From the NCBI RefSeq assembly GCF_036321535.1, contig NC_087437.1, positions 74,030,001 to 74,094,000 on the forward strand: a stretch of 64,000 bases of DNA. The letters are read 5' to 3'. Numbering within the stretch: the stretch's first letter is position 1; each line of letters begins with the position of its first letter. Shown here piece after piece: positions 52,601 through 64,000 of this stretch. The stretch is from Camelus dromedarius (Eukaryota). The notes under the pieces were generated by a model, which saw nothing but the letters and a program-made list of their open reading frames with translations, searched no databases and was not told the DNA's origin. Both the position numbers and the translations under genes were made by a program.

Positions 52601-54794
52601 CATTGATGCTCAGAATACCCTAATAATTTACATAAACACACTTTTAACCTTAACTGAAATGTATGGGTTCAACAAGTTACTTGAGAAATAGGCTTATATT
52701 CACAGGCTTTAACTTTTCTCTCTAAACTGAACTTATTCATTCCCAATTTAATTCATTATTCATTCTTGAGTAGGCAACATAAATGTAACAAACAGAACAA
52801 AGTGTGTCCATGTTAAAATAACCCTCCTTTATTGTTTCAAATAATTAGCAATTCTTGGTAATCAATATGAAGTGGACCCAAGAATTCTGGGGGGACATAT
52901 TTACATAATTTTTATTAGAAAAAAATGATACATCATTTGCCATTGCAGAGAGCATCTGAAGACCACTGCTAGTTGCTAGATTTGCCTTTCAATGCTATGG
53001 CAACAGTATCCCGGCAGGGTACCACAGGACAGAGTCGTGACTAGTCACAATGGACTTCATGTCCTTGGAGTTGCAATACCAAAACTGACATTTTTTTATA
53101 CCAAAGAGTTTGAGTTCTGACAAGCATCTGTGAGGCTCTTCTGCTCCATCTCACTCTTGTCTCTATTACTATACCACAGCTTTATCTAGAATAAGAAAAT
53201 ATGGTCGTCATTTTACAAATCAGGTTTAATTAACTGTATGGAGAACAGAAATCATCAGGTGTTTTAATATATGTAAATATGTATTCTATATATATTCAAT
53301 ACATATATTCATATATATATCAAGCTCCTTCTTAACCTCAGGTTTTCACTTACTCAACAAAATATCTGCATGTAAGAAAATATTTATATTAACAAACATC
53401 TCAAAGATTTTAACTTGTGAAAGTGTCAACAGTGTGCATAAAAATGAAAAAAATTCATTCTGATGTTTGCTTTCTATGACACAATGTAAAATATTGACAT
53501 GAATAGAAATCAACGTTGAAAATAGAAACACTCGAAGAAAAGGGCATTTAAATTACTGATAGGTACTATTTTCTTTATAACATATTATCACTTAAAAAGC
53601 AATAAAAGTTTACATAAAAGACAGATGGGCAGTTAAGTTAAAGAGCACTGGTTCAAAGCTTGAAAAAAAGCTAAGAGACTCAAACATACTATTTGATTAA
53701 GTACTGGCTCTTGTTACTCAGGAGTCTGCCAAAAAGTTTGAATCTTATCCAAAGCAGTCTATTACGTTCATTTGTTTTAAAACCCTCAAAGCAAGGGAGA
53801 CATAAAATACACATGCACTGTATAAAAACTGAAAAGCAGCAATTAATTTGGAACAAATGTCCAACTCACGTGATAAAATAAAGCCCTAAAAAGAGCCTAG
53901 TGACAGCTTCTAAGTGTTATATTTTCCCCCAAGGCGTACAATTGTTTTTAAGTCTTTTGTTGAGTATTTAAAGTTTTCAGACTCAAGAAAAATTTTCCTT
54001 TCAAACTTTGAACATTAAATTTACATAAGGTATGTTCACCCACTATGTGCCATGTGCACACTACGTTCACTCAATGCATATCAAATTAATATCAAGAACA
54101 TCTATAATGTAAGCTCCAACAATAGTTTTAACTTTCTCAACAGAATTTGAGACTTTTCTCAACAGAATATAATATTTTCTGTTAGTCTAACATCAACTTA
54201 AGTACTTTCTACATTTCAAAGTTATGTGGCTTAATCACCATATAGAGCAAATTGCGTGGCATGATAATCAAAATTACAATACCACGTGAAGGTAATGTGT
54301 TACTAATTAAAAATCATTTTTATTTAAAAATAATCACTTAGTTTAGAATAATCAGAAAATACAAGATAGAAGAAAAAAATTTAAATGCCCATAATATTCA
54401 CCCAGAGATAACCATTTTGAGGACACTGATATAAATCTTCCAGAGGAAAATGTGTTCTTGACTTGAATCTTTATAAAAAATTTCAATATATTGCAGTGGA
54501 GGCATTTCAAACGGGAGAGTTAAAGCAATTATTATTTAGAACTTTTATTTTATTTTCTATTAAGATAATTTAGGTAAAATAGGTACAGGGTCCCTGATGA
54601 TATTAGAGACTCAGCACATTGAAGGGGCATAATAAATTATAGAGTATACAGGTATATTGATATTTTTATGGTAGATCCCACTTGACTTTGGGATACAGGA
54701 GAGGCACTGGAGATAGCCTTTCAGTTAGGCAGTTAGGGTATTATGCATAGGTCTAACCTAACCATGTAAGAAGCCAACATCAAAAATATTAATC

Positions 54795-55010
54795 AAATAA
54801 CAGCTAACTCTCTGAAGACCCACTATGTGCCATGTGCACACTATCAATCCTGTGCATGAGATGATTATAACTATCCTAATTTTGTATGTGAGGAATGAAA
54901 AGCCCAGAGAGAATAAAAACATCCAGGGACAAAAGAAAGTGCGTGACGGAGCTAAGAGCTGGTCACACATACCCAACACAAAAGCTTATCTTCTTAACCA
55001 ATCGGCACTA
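54795..55010 (-). mobile_element. MIR
   Basis: aataacagctaac...cccactatgtgcca...aatcctgtg...cctaattttgtatgtgaggaatgaaaagcccagaga...cttcttaacca. Confidence 0.75.
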
Positions 55011-55632
55011 CTGACTTGTGATTATAGCTGAGGATTCTAGGTGCAAATAATGGTAGATTGATTCAATCCCATCTCCTGGACTCTGAGATAAATCCTGTAC
55101 CACCTGGACTTATCTATATGTAACTAGTAAGAAGTAAAAGTTTTACAACTATTACTTTTACTTAAAAAGGCATACTATGGTATAACTTGAATAATATGAC
55201 TCATAGCATTGTCACACTTATCAACAGATACCAGCTGCCAGTCAAACCACTGAGAACTATAGGTGATTAAGACAAAAATGAAAGAAATGTTCAAACATTC
55301 AATTTGCTGTATTAATGTAAATTATATTTTCTTTTTCTCAAGGGAAAGGGGGAATGGTACAGTTGGTAGGTCCAATTAAAAATGAAATAGCATTCTGAGT
55401 TTCCTAAAAACATACATTAAAAATTGATTATGGTATTTTCATTTTTTTTACCTATCTCACTGTAAAACTTCCAAACATATCAAACACAAAACTTATTGTA
55501 TATGCACAATCCACCACAGGAAGAAAATGATGAGAGTAAGTCACGTTACAGGTGTTCTGTGGGTGCCAGGGAAATGGCGTCAAATCGGATTGGGCAAATG
55601 CTAGAAGAAGTTTGTAAGTCTGAACTCCAATT

Positions 55633-55820
55633 CAGTGATTCTTAACTGTAAAGTAGCTTTAAAAATATATCATTAAAAAGATACCACCATATACTCATTA
55701 AATTATGATCTTTGTTAAGCTGATCCAGCAAGCACTGGCAGTCTTTGACACCTCCCAGGTGTAACAGCTTTCTCTACCAGGTGATTCTAGTGAGCATGAA
55801 ACCATGAGAAATTCCATCCC
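55633..55820. mobile_element. hAT-Charlie MER5-like remnant
   Basis: cagtgattcttaac... start; ccaggtgattctag...gagaa end. Confidence 0.4.
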
Positions 55821-55899
55821 TAAGAAGCAGTGTCTCACCACCAATTAGTTCCTCTTCCTTGATACTCCCACCAACGTACCAGTATCATAAACTAAGTCC

Positions 55900-56135
55900 T
55901 TTTTAATACAGATTTATTGAGCTACAACTGACATACATAACATTGTATAAGTGTAAAGCGTACCACATGTTGATTTGATACATCTATGTATTACAAAATG
56001 ATTATTACCATAGCATTAGCTAACACCCCTATCATGTCAAACAATTAACATTACTCTTTTTGTGTGATGAAAACGTTTAGGATTTAGTCTTAGAAACTTT
56101 CATGTATATAATACAGTATTGTTCATTATAATCAC
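55900..56135 (-). mobile_element. L1MA-like 3' UTR end
   Basis: tttattgagctacaactgacatacataacattgtataagtgtaaag...aaatgattattaccatagcattagctaacacc...tataatacagtattgtt. Confidence 0.85.
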
Positions 56136-59100
56136 AAGAAACCCAACTGTACTCTCCTTCAAGTCTTTGGATTCTATAAGCTGTATTAATTTTTAAAATA
56201 ATATCCATCCTTTAATTTTCTTCCTGGAGGAAGTTTTCTGATCCTCACAACTGAAAGAGCATCTCCTACTAGGTGACCTTCAGAAGAATGCTTACATCTT
56301 AACAGTTTTCATAAACTAATCTGTCACCAGCCTTGGTTTTGTTCATTTCTGGATTTTTTAGTTCCTTAAGTCCTGGTTCTCTGATGTCCTAAATTCCTAC
56401 TCAAGTTCATCCCAATGCCTTAGTCAGCATTTACAGAAATTGGGCAAACAAGATTGGCATTCTCTTCCTCCTTGCCTCATGCATGCATTCATTCTCTCCA
56501 TGGACTTGTAACCATCACCATTCAGAACACACTCCCTCATACCTAAAATCCAGATGTAGCTGATTGCTTGCTGTCCTAGAAATGCCTCTTGGCTCGCTGG
56601 CATTTTATTTTTACCATTAAATAATGCTTCTCAGAGCTAGCTGGTACTTCGGTTGTTAATCCATATGAACTTGGCTTCTGGTTTCCTCATCTCATTTTTG
56701 GCCACTAGGTCAAACCTCTGAGCAGAAAGCAGAGAGACTGGTGGCTCATGTAACCACAGATGTGAAATAACTAACAACACCCTAAGTGGCTGCCACCAGG
56801 AATGATGTTTTAATCAAGGTCCCCGCCCCAATGAGGAAATAGATTTTCAGCTGCGATTCTATGTCAAAAAAATATTGTGCCCCCATTATATGAACTTACA
56901 ATAACCCTCCAAACACCATGGTTCTTACAAAGTAACGATCAAAGCAAAGGGAACACACTGTAGCAGTTAGCACTCAGGTAGTAGAGAGAGACCTAGAACT
57001 TCACCACCTCGCAACCAGCACCAACTGACAAAGCTACCTATTTACAGAGCTTCCAAGAGAAGAACCACAGCTTCCACAGAAGTTAAATGATGAATACTCA
57101 GAACTGAAAGACTGTACTTCAAGCAAGTCCAGAAGTGAACATAAAAACAGTCTAGAAATAGTACTCTTAAATTAGAAACTAATATTTCTGGAACACGTAG
57201 GAAGATTGCTTGGAAGTCTGAATAAGAAATCCAGAACAGAAACCTTTCTCCTGAGCTCACTGAGATGGTTTACCTCTTCTTTAAGATGAAATAGGAAGTA
57301 ACCAGTCCACTGTTTACACTTGGTAGCTCATAATTATGTAAAGTTAACTGTACAACAGTATAGGATGAGCTTTACCTATTTCTACAAAAAGCCTTTCCTA
57401 TTTTCAGTAAGTCCTGTATAAAAACAAACAAACACAAAACATGTCTGGTCTTGTTACAATAACTAGGAACCTGGACAAGGTGCCTTATCTCTACCTCTTA
57501 CATGCATGATTCTAGTGGTCAGAGTGAAATAACTAAATCCGGGAGCAGGTCCATTTCACGTTTGTTTGTGTCTGGCATCCTCATTTGATCTATAAATAAC
57601 ACACACAAATAATTTATACACATACACACACACACACACATATGGAAAATCACTTGCATTGTATGCTGCCCAATCCACATAAAGGAAAGAAGTAAAATAT
57701 AAATAGAGAGACTTAACCTGGTGACAACTTCTAATCCACACCTGTATCCAGACAATCCAGTAGTCAAAACTGCAGAAACACATGAGTACTCATCTTTAAT
57801 TTCTGAAAAATTCCTAAATGGCATCAACTTAACTGCGACACAGGGAACATTACCAAAATCCAAGGAGTGACTGTTCCACAAGAGCCCCAGGAGACTGGCT
57901 GCTGTGGAATTTTGACACAGTTCTAATTTGGTTTCCCTTCAAAGGAGGCGTTCCAATCTTTTCTTCAAATAATTGAGCAAAGCAGTCTCCAGAAAAGCAT
58001 TCACGTACCCACAGAGGACACAAACTGTTTTTCTCATTATTCCATAATTTATTGATTTTAGAAAACAGTTCATTCGTCTTAAATGACCCACATTCCTCAA
58101 TTCGTGGAAACAGCTTGATTAGCTACTTCTTAAACACAAATTTAACAAAGCTTGCTCTTCCTAGTCTTGTACTGGTGATTTCATCACTTATTTACTCTGA
58201 AGCATTATTATAAACATTTGTTAAACTTTACTATTTATTTCAAACAGCTTGCATTTTATAATGCATTTGAGATGATTTATGACAAGATTGCTCAAATGCT
58301 AACTGATCAGTTACAGTAATCCCCAGAGATACCCTACTCTGAGAGTGTGAAAGACTTCCTCATTTTAAATGACTGTAAAGTGACAGTGATGAATAAATTG
58401 GTAGAGGGGAACATCCATCACGTGAGCAGTGGTTATAGAGAGTTTGGGAGCTTGAGATCCTGAAAACTGAATACAAATAAAAAGAGATAGGGGTTTAGGA
58501 AAAACAAAACTAACATTCAAAGCCAAAATAAAGTGGGGCACTAACACTTGAAATCATGAGCAAAAACCCAGGAGAGAGGAAGCTTAAAAACTTTCAGTGT
58601 AGGGAGGTTGCTGGTAAATATCAAAAGTAGAGTGGGATATTCTTCTCTTTCTGTTCATCATAACAAATTTATCACATTCATTCCGCCTCTGGTAGCTTTT
58701 CCCTTAGCTCTTTTTATAAAACTTTTTCCTAACTACTATCTTTAGAAGAAAGGAAAAATCACTAATAATTCAATTTCCTGACTAAATCTCTGTAACTGTT
58801 TTAGCAGATATACTACCAGCAGTCTTTTGCTCATTTTATACCTCTCCTCATTATTTTGATACACAGGTAATATACAATCATCATAGAAAAACAGAAGACA
58901 GAAATAATAAAAACAGAAGTTAGTAAAGCAATCTGGAAACCCCAAATCAAGGTATAATCATTGTTAACATACTGGTATATATTTTTCTATGACAAAATGA
59001 CCTTGGAATAAGATCAAACACCCATGTTATTTGAATCTCGATTGGGAGTATGAAAAACATGAACCGACTTTAATACTGAGCCATTGAGATTGCACTTTCA

Positions 59101-59789
59101 TTGCCCCACTTATGGGAAATACACAGCTGCCACACTCTTACATGATTTCAGTTGAGGCCAAAGGATCAGGCTGCAGCCCTGTGCAAGAGTAGCCTTTACC
59201 TTTCAGTGCGATGGACAGCTCCACTGTCAGTCATCCTGGGATAATTCTAACAACCTTCTCCCTCCCCCAAGGGGATGGGTGGGTAAGAGGATTCAAAAGA
59301 TAGGATTCAGATCAGGGTAAGTAAAATTTTCTTCTCTCTTAGAAAAGATTGATAAATACCAGATCTATCTTGCTTTCAAACTCTAACAATAAAATTTATG
59401 TAAAGCATTAAACATTTGAGCTTATGTTTTTAAATTACCCCAAAAGTCTAAGCCAAATATATAAACTCTAAGAATATGAATATTTTATCCAAAATCTTTA
59501 AAAACTTTGAAATATTTCTTAGTATTTTCTCCCTTTCTCTCTTTGAACTGCCCAAAGTGTTAGTTATATCATGACCATTACTTTGTAAGATCCCTAGTAT
59601 TTGCACTGTTTTGTAACCATAATTCCCTAAGATTGAGAAGAAAATGTAAATATATATAGTTATTAATTATAATAAAATATGCAAATTCATACTAACAATT
59701 TTTAAAATTTCATTAAAATCTTATTTCCTACAAAATAAATTTTTAAAATTGACTCAAAATGTAATAGCTAGACAAGTAGCATAATTAAA

Positions 59790-60283
59790 ACGTGTTACTG
59801 ATCTGAAACATACATTTACCAAACAAAAAAGAACAAGTAAGATGCACTTTTACTGAATAATTCTTTCAAAATCTTAGGAAATTGATAATTTCCACATTAT
59901 AAAATATTTTAGAGCATGAAAAATATGGTACACTTTACAATTCACTTCATGAATCTACTGAAATGAACCTAATGTATCTATCTCATAAAATATTCTGTTA
60001 CATTTACCAAAAAAAAGACTCACAGATGAATGAATGCAAGCACATAACACTAGGCATTCAAATTAAATAATATAATGAAAGACTAATCTATACCATCAAG
60101 TAAAAAATATCCTTACATGTTATTGGTTTAATATTAGAAACTGATTTCATGTACTATATATTACATTAGTAGTAGAAAACCAGGATCTCAATAGATGTAG
60201 AAAAGGTTTATGTACTTTGACATCATTCTTAATATCAAAACCAACTAATACTCTAAAAATTAAAAATAATTTAAAGTAATAAT
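59790..60283 (+). mobile_element. Very old L1 ORF2 fragment
   Basis: tttactgaataattctttcaaa...tcacttcatgaatc...atctcaatagatgtagaaaagg. Confidence 0.55.
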
Positions 60284-60297
60284 AGTACAACATTTTT

Positions 60298-61607
60298 CTT
60301 TATTTTTTTATTTTCCATTGGTATCAGGTTTTTTTTTAACATTTTTTGATTTATAATCATTTTACAATGTTGTGTCAAATTCCAGTGTTCAGCACAATTT
60401 TTCAGTCATACATGGACATATACACACTCATTGTCACATTTTTTTCTCTGTGAGCTACCATAAGATTTTATGTATATTTCCCTGTGCTATACAGTATGAT
60501 CTTGCTTATCTATTCTACAATTTTGAAATCCCAGTCTATCCCTTCCCACCCTCCACCCCTCTGGCAACCACAAGTCTGTATTCTATGTCTATGAGTCTAT
60601 TTCTGTCCTATATTTATGCTTTGTTTTTATTTGTTTGTTTGTTTGTTTTTGTTTTTGTTTTTTAGATTCCACATATGAGCGATCTCATATGGTATTTTTC
60701 TTTCTCTTTCTGGCTTACTTCACTTAGAATGACATTCTCCAGGAGCACCCATGTTGCTGCAAATGGCGTTATATTATCGGTTTTTATGGCTGAGTAGTAT
60801 TCCATTGTATAAATATACCACTTCTTCTTTATCCAGTCACCTGTTGATGGACATTTAGGCTGTTTCCATGTTTTGGCTATTGTAAATAGTGCTGCTATGA
60901 ACATTGGGGTGCAGGTGGGATCCTGAAGTAGGGTTCCTTCTGGATACAAGCCCAGGAGTAGGATTCCTGGGTCATATGGTAAGTCTATTCCTAGTCTTTT
61001 GAGGAATCTCCACACTGTTTTCTCATATAGGCCAATGGAACAGAATAGAGAGCCCAGAAATGAACCCACAAACTTTTGGTCAACTCATCTTCGACAAAGG
61101 AGGCAAGAATATACAATGGAATACAGAAAGTCTCTTCAGCAAATGGTGTTGGGAAAACTGGACAGCAGCATGTAAAACAATGAAGCTAGAACACTCCCTT
61201 ACACCATACACAAAAATCAACTCAAAATGGATCAAAGACTTAAACATAAGACAAGATACAATAAACCTCCTAGAGGAAAACATAGGCAAAACATTATCTG
61301 ACATACATCTCAAACATTTTCTCCTAGAAGAAATAAAAGCAAGAATAAACAAATGGGACCTAATGAAACTTACAAGCTTCTGCACAGCAAAGGAAACCAT
61401 AAGTAAAACAAAAAGACAACCTACGGAATGGGAGAAAATTTTTGCAAATGAAACCGACAAAGGCTTGATCTCCAGAATATATAAGCAGCTCATACGACTG
61501 AATAAGAAAAAAATAAACAACCCAATCCAAAAATGGGCAGAAGACCTAAACAAGCAATTCTCCAAGGAAGACATACACATGATCAAAAGGCACATGAAAA
61601 AATGCTC
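60298..61607 (-). mobile_element. Young 5'-inverted L1: 3' end minus (~60329-61021), ORF2 segment plus (~61022-61607), perfect 14-bp TSD
   Basis: ORF 60662..61069(-) encodes the L1 ORF2 C-terminus (DLPYDPGILLLGLYP...[22 protein letters not shown]); ORF 61060..61623(+) encodes ORF2 ([12 protein letters not shown]...[10 protein letters not shown]); agtacaacattttt at 60284-60297 and 61608-61621. Confidence 0.97.
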
Positions 61608-61621
61608 AGTACAACATTTTT

Positions 61622-63230
61622 AGAGTACAGCAGAAATTACTCACCATTTGTAGAACAGCTTCTGGCATACCATGGGGCTCAAAAAAACCAGAATGTCCTA
61701 AAAGTCAAAATGCAACAATTAACAAGATGGTTTTATTCAGGTCACTGACATGGGGAGATATTAATTAATCAGAAATGTCTTGAAGAAATGGAAGGGATCT
61801 GGGATTAGATAAACACAAGCAGACAACTGAGTCATGTGTGAGTCTTACGAGCATCACAACAATGATTAGAGACAGGTCTTATCTGAGACCTTCAGGAATG
61901 GGAGAGCTGAGTCTTAGACCATGCAAGAGCAGGACAACCTTTGGTCATCAGATGTTTCCTGGAATGCATAAGGGGGGAAGATTTCTTAACCATTCATGTT
62001 CTCTTGGAGCAAATGGCTTGGATGGAGCTCAACATTGCCAGTGTCTTACCAGAAACATCAAGTGATTATGCAACTGAAGTTATCCACCATGAGCTTGGTA
62101 TTATCAGATTCACTGAATCATGTAGTCAGACAGGCACAGTAGCCACTGTATACTGCAAATGGTATATTTTGTACTGGGCCCAAGAAGCTCCAAAAAGCAT
62201 AAGTAAATTATATATACTGGTGACTCAAACTCTCATATTACCTACTTCTATTGTACCTATGCTTCTTCCACAAACTATAACCTTATGAAGAAATTCATGT
62301 TAAAAACTGACCCCCCAAAAGGAGAAAAGCAGAGAAATGGCTAACATATAGATGCACTGTGATGTCAGCTGTTGTAAGCCTCATTATGAACTTAATTAGA
62401 GGTTGCCTTAATGACAGGTATGAGAATATAGTCTTCCAGTGAGCAGACTTAATTATCACAAGGAGAAAAGCTACAGAGCGTATGTCTACTAGTGTGTACT
62501 CAGAAGAAATTCTAAAGGAAATATTTTAGATGGAGAGAATAACACATCCAATGGATGTCATTTTATTTCTCCATCATCATCTGGTTCTGGTACAAAGAAG
62601 AGAGAAACTCTGAAGATACAGATGAAGAATGTGTATGGACCCAATGCCTTTAGCTCCCTCTTACTTCAAATCCTTGATTAGCTAATGACACTGTAGAATG
62701 CCTTGCATGCCACCCAAGAGACTGATGCTGAGAATTGTTCTAGCATCATTCCTTAAATACACAGCAATTTTCTGTGTGTGGAAGGTGAACGATATTGGAA
62801 CATTTCCTAGAGGGAACAGTCATTTTTTTCTGTTTGCATTGGATCATACCGTGGATATGAGTTTGTGTTCCTGTCCACAATATCACTGATAGTACAGCTA
62901 ACCAAGGGCTTACAGAATAATAGCTCATCTACTAACATGGCATTCCATACACTATTGCTGCAGAGCACTGCACACATTTTAAAGAATACTAGGGGCAATA
63001 ATGGGTGCACAGCATGGGATATATCAGTCCTATATAACCCACTGCTTAGAAGTAGTTGACCAAACTGTATAGTGGAATGGTCTGTTAAAGGCTCAGGTAA
63101 TGTGCCAGATTAGGGATGACACTCCCCAGAGTTCAGGATACAGTATATACATTTAACTACCAGTTGATAGGTGGTACTTTGCCCTCTGTAGATTGAATAC
63201 ATGGATCTGAGAACCAAAAGGTGGAAGTAA
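61622..63230 (+). mobile_element. Decayed ERV-L/MaLR-type internal pol (RT-RNase H to integrase), with a probable unrelated insertion at ~61700-62020
   Basis: Translated remnants NYSPFVEQLLAYHGA (~61635), KWYILYWAQEAPKSISKL (~62158), IPYTIAAEHCTHF (~62942) and WNGLLKAQ (~63073) match recalled ERV-L pol motifs NYSPFEKQLLACYWAL, KWYIRDWAQAGPEGTSKL, IPHSIASDQGTHF and WNGLLK. Confidence 0.8.
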
Positions 63231-63235
63231 CTGGA

Positions 63236-63376
63236 AGAAAGCAAGAATATACAATGGAGAAAAGAGAGTCACTTCAGCAAGTGGTGTTGGGGAAATTGGA
63301 CAGCCACATGTAAATCAATGAAGTTAGAACACTCCTTCACACCACACATAAAAATAAACTCAAAAAGGCTTAAAGA
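63236..63376 (+). mobile_element. L1 ORF2 fragment (5'-truncated element interrupted by the next L1)
   Basis: gcaagaatatacaatggagaaaagagagtcacttcagcaagtggtgttggg...aagttagaacactccttcacacc, similar to 61102-61242. Confidence 0.9.
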
Positions 63377-64000
63377 GAGAAGACGGAGAAGATGGCGGAG
63401 TAGAAGGACACTCGCAGGTCACCCTCTCCCACAAATACACCAAGACCCACATCTACAGACCCACTCAGCCAACCAGAGCACCTGCGGAACTCCGACAGAA
63501 CATCGCCCTCTTCAAAAGATAAAGACGCCAAAAATCTGGTAGGAGAAAAGGAAAAAAGAAAGAACAAAAGGCAAAGCAGCGCGGGACGGGTCCCGCGGGG
63601 AGGGAGCGGCAAAGGAGGACTGGCGCTCGCTCGCTGGGTCTCCCCTCTCCAACTGAGAGGCCAGCGGGACGGAGGGGGAGCCTCCGAGGCTCGGATCTGT
63701 ACAGAGCAGCCCTTGACTAACAGAACTAAGTTAAACGGGCACAGAGCGTCCCCCCGACACCCAGCCTGAGAGGCGGGCCGGCAGCGGCGGGCAGGGCCAG
63801 GCTGCACAAGCCGGGCAGAGGACGGAAGTGGCTGCACGGAGGCAGCCCCGGGGGAACGCAAGGGGCTGCGCGCCGTGGCTGTGGGTGCACAGGGCAGAAC
63901 AACCTGGGCCCTCCATAAAACAGGAAGGTTGATGTGCTCTCGGGGGAAGGGTGCACACCCCCATCTCTGAAAACCAGCGGAAAGTTTTCGGGGGAAGAGA
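63377..64000 (+). mobile_element. 5' UTR of a young, probably full-length L1 (continues beyond the window)
   Basis: Abrupt switch to GC/CpG-rich sequence; purine-rich start followed by aagatggcggagtagaagg, typical of mammalian L1 5' ends. Confidence 0.85.
63389..63398 (+). promoter_or_regulatory. YY1-type motif of the L1 internal promoter
   Basis: aagatggcgg lies ~12 nt from the L1 start, as in characterised L1 promoters. Confidence 0.7.

Noticed and set aside
54133..54168. 14-bp direct repeat tttctcaacagaat (period 22)
   Set aside because: Ordinary slippage-type micro-duplication.
60662..61623. Divergent ORF pair as a two-gene system
   Set aside because: Both are pieces of one L1 ORF2, separated by a 5' inversion.
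63370..63861. 163-aa antisense ORF
   Set aside because: TTG start, GC-rich L1 5' UTR, runs off the element end; expected by chance.
1..64000. A novel multi-gene biological system
   Set aside because: Nearly all listed ORFs are short chance ORFs or transposon-derived; there is no operon-like, array-like or multi-exon structure that I can support.

Overview
AT-rich mammalian genomic DNA, most likely camelid (alpaca/llama/camel): it carries a tRNA-Ala-like SINE resembling vic-1 (47431) and cetartiodactyl-type L1 3' ends. I find no intact protein-coding gene, RNA gene, CRISPR array or prokaryote-like system. The window looks intergenic or intronic and is dominated by transposon relics: old and young L1, L2, MIR, CR1/L3, MaLR/LTR16 LTRs, decayed ERV-L pol and hAT MITEs. 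The most notable items are: (1) a 1.4-kb, TSD-flanked, strongly diverged cTAGE5/MIA2-family retrocopy (minus strand, 47953-49344) nested in an L1, whose parent seems to be a short derived paralog; (2) a mosaic L1 junction of templated snippets with an 18-bp inverted repeat (38001-38196); (3) three 5'-inverted L1s, one with a perfect TSD and a short 3' tag; (4) a 26-bp locally templated insertion; (5) the CpG-rich 5' UTR of a young L1 at the right edge. Repeat family names come from recalled consensus sequences, not a database search, and boundaries of old repeats are approximate. I see no convincing previously undescribed biological system.
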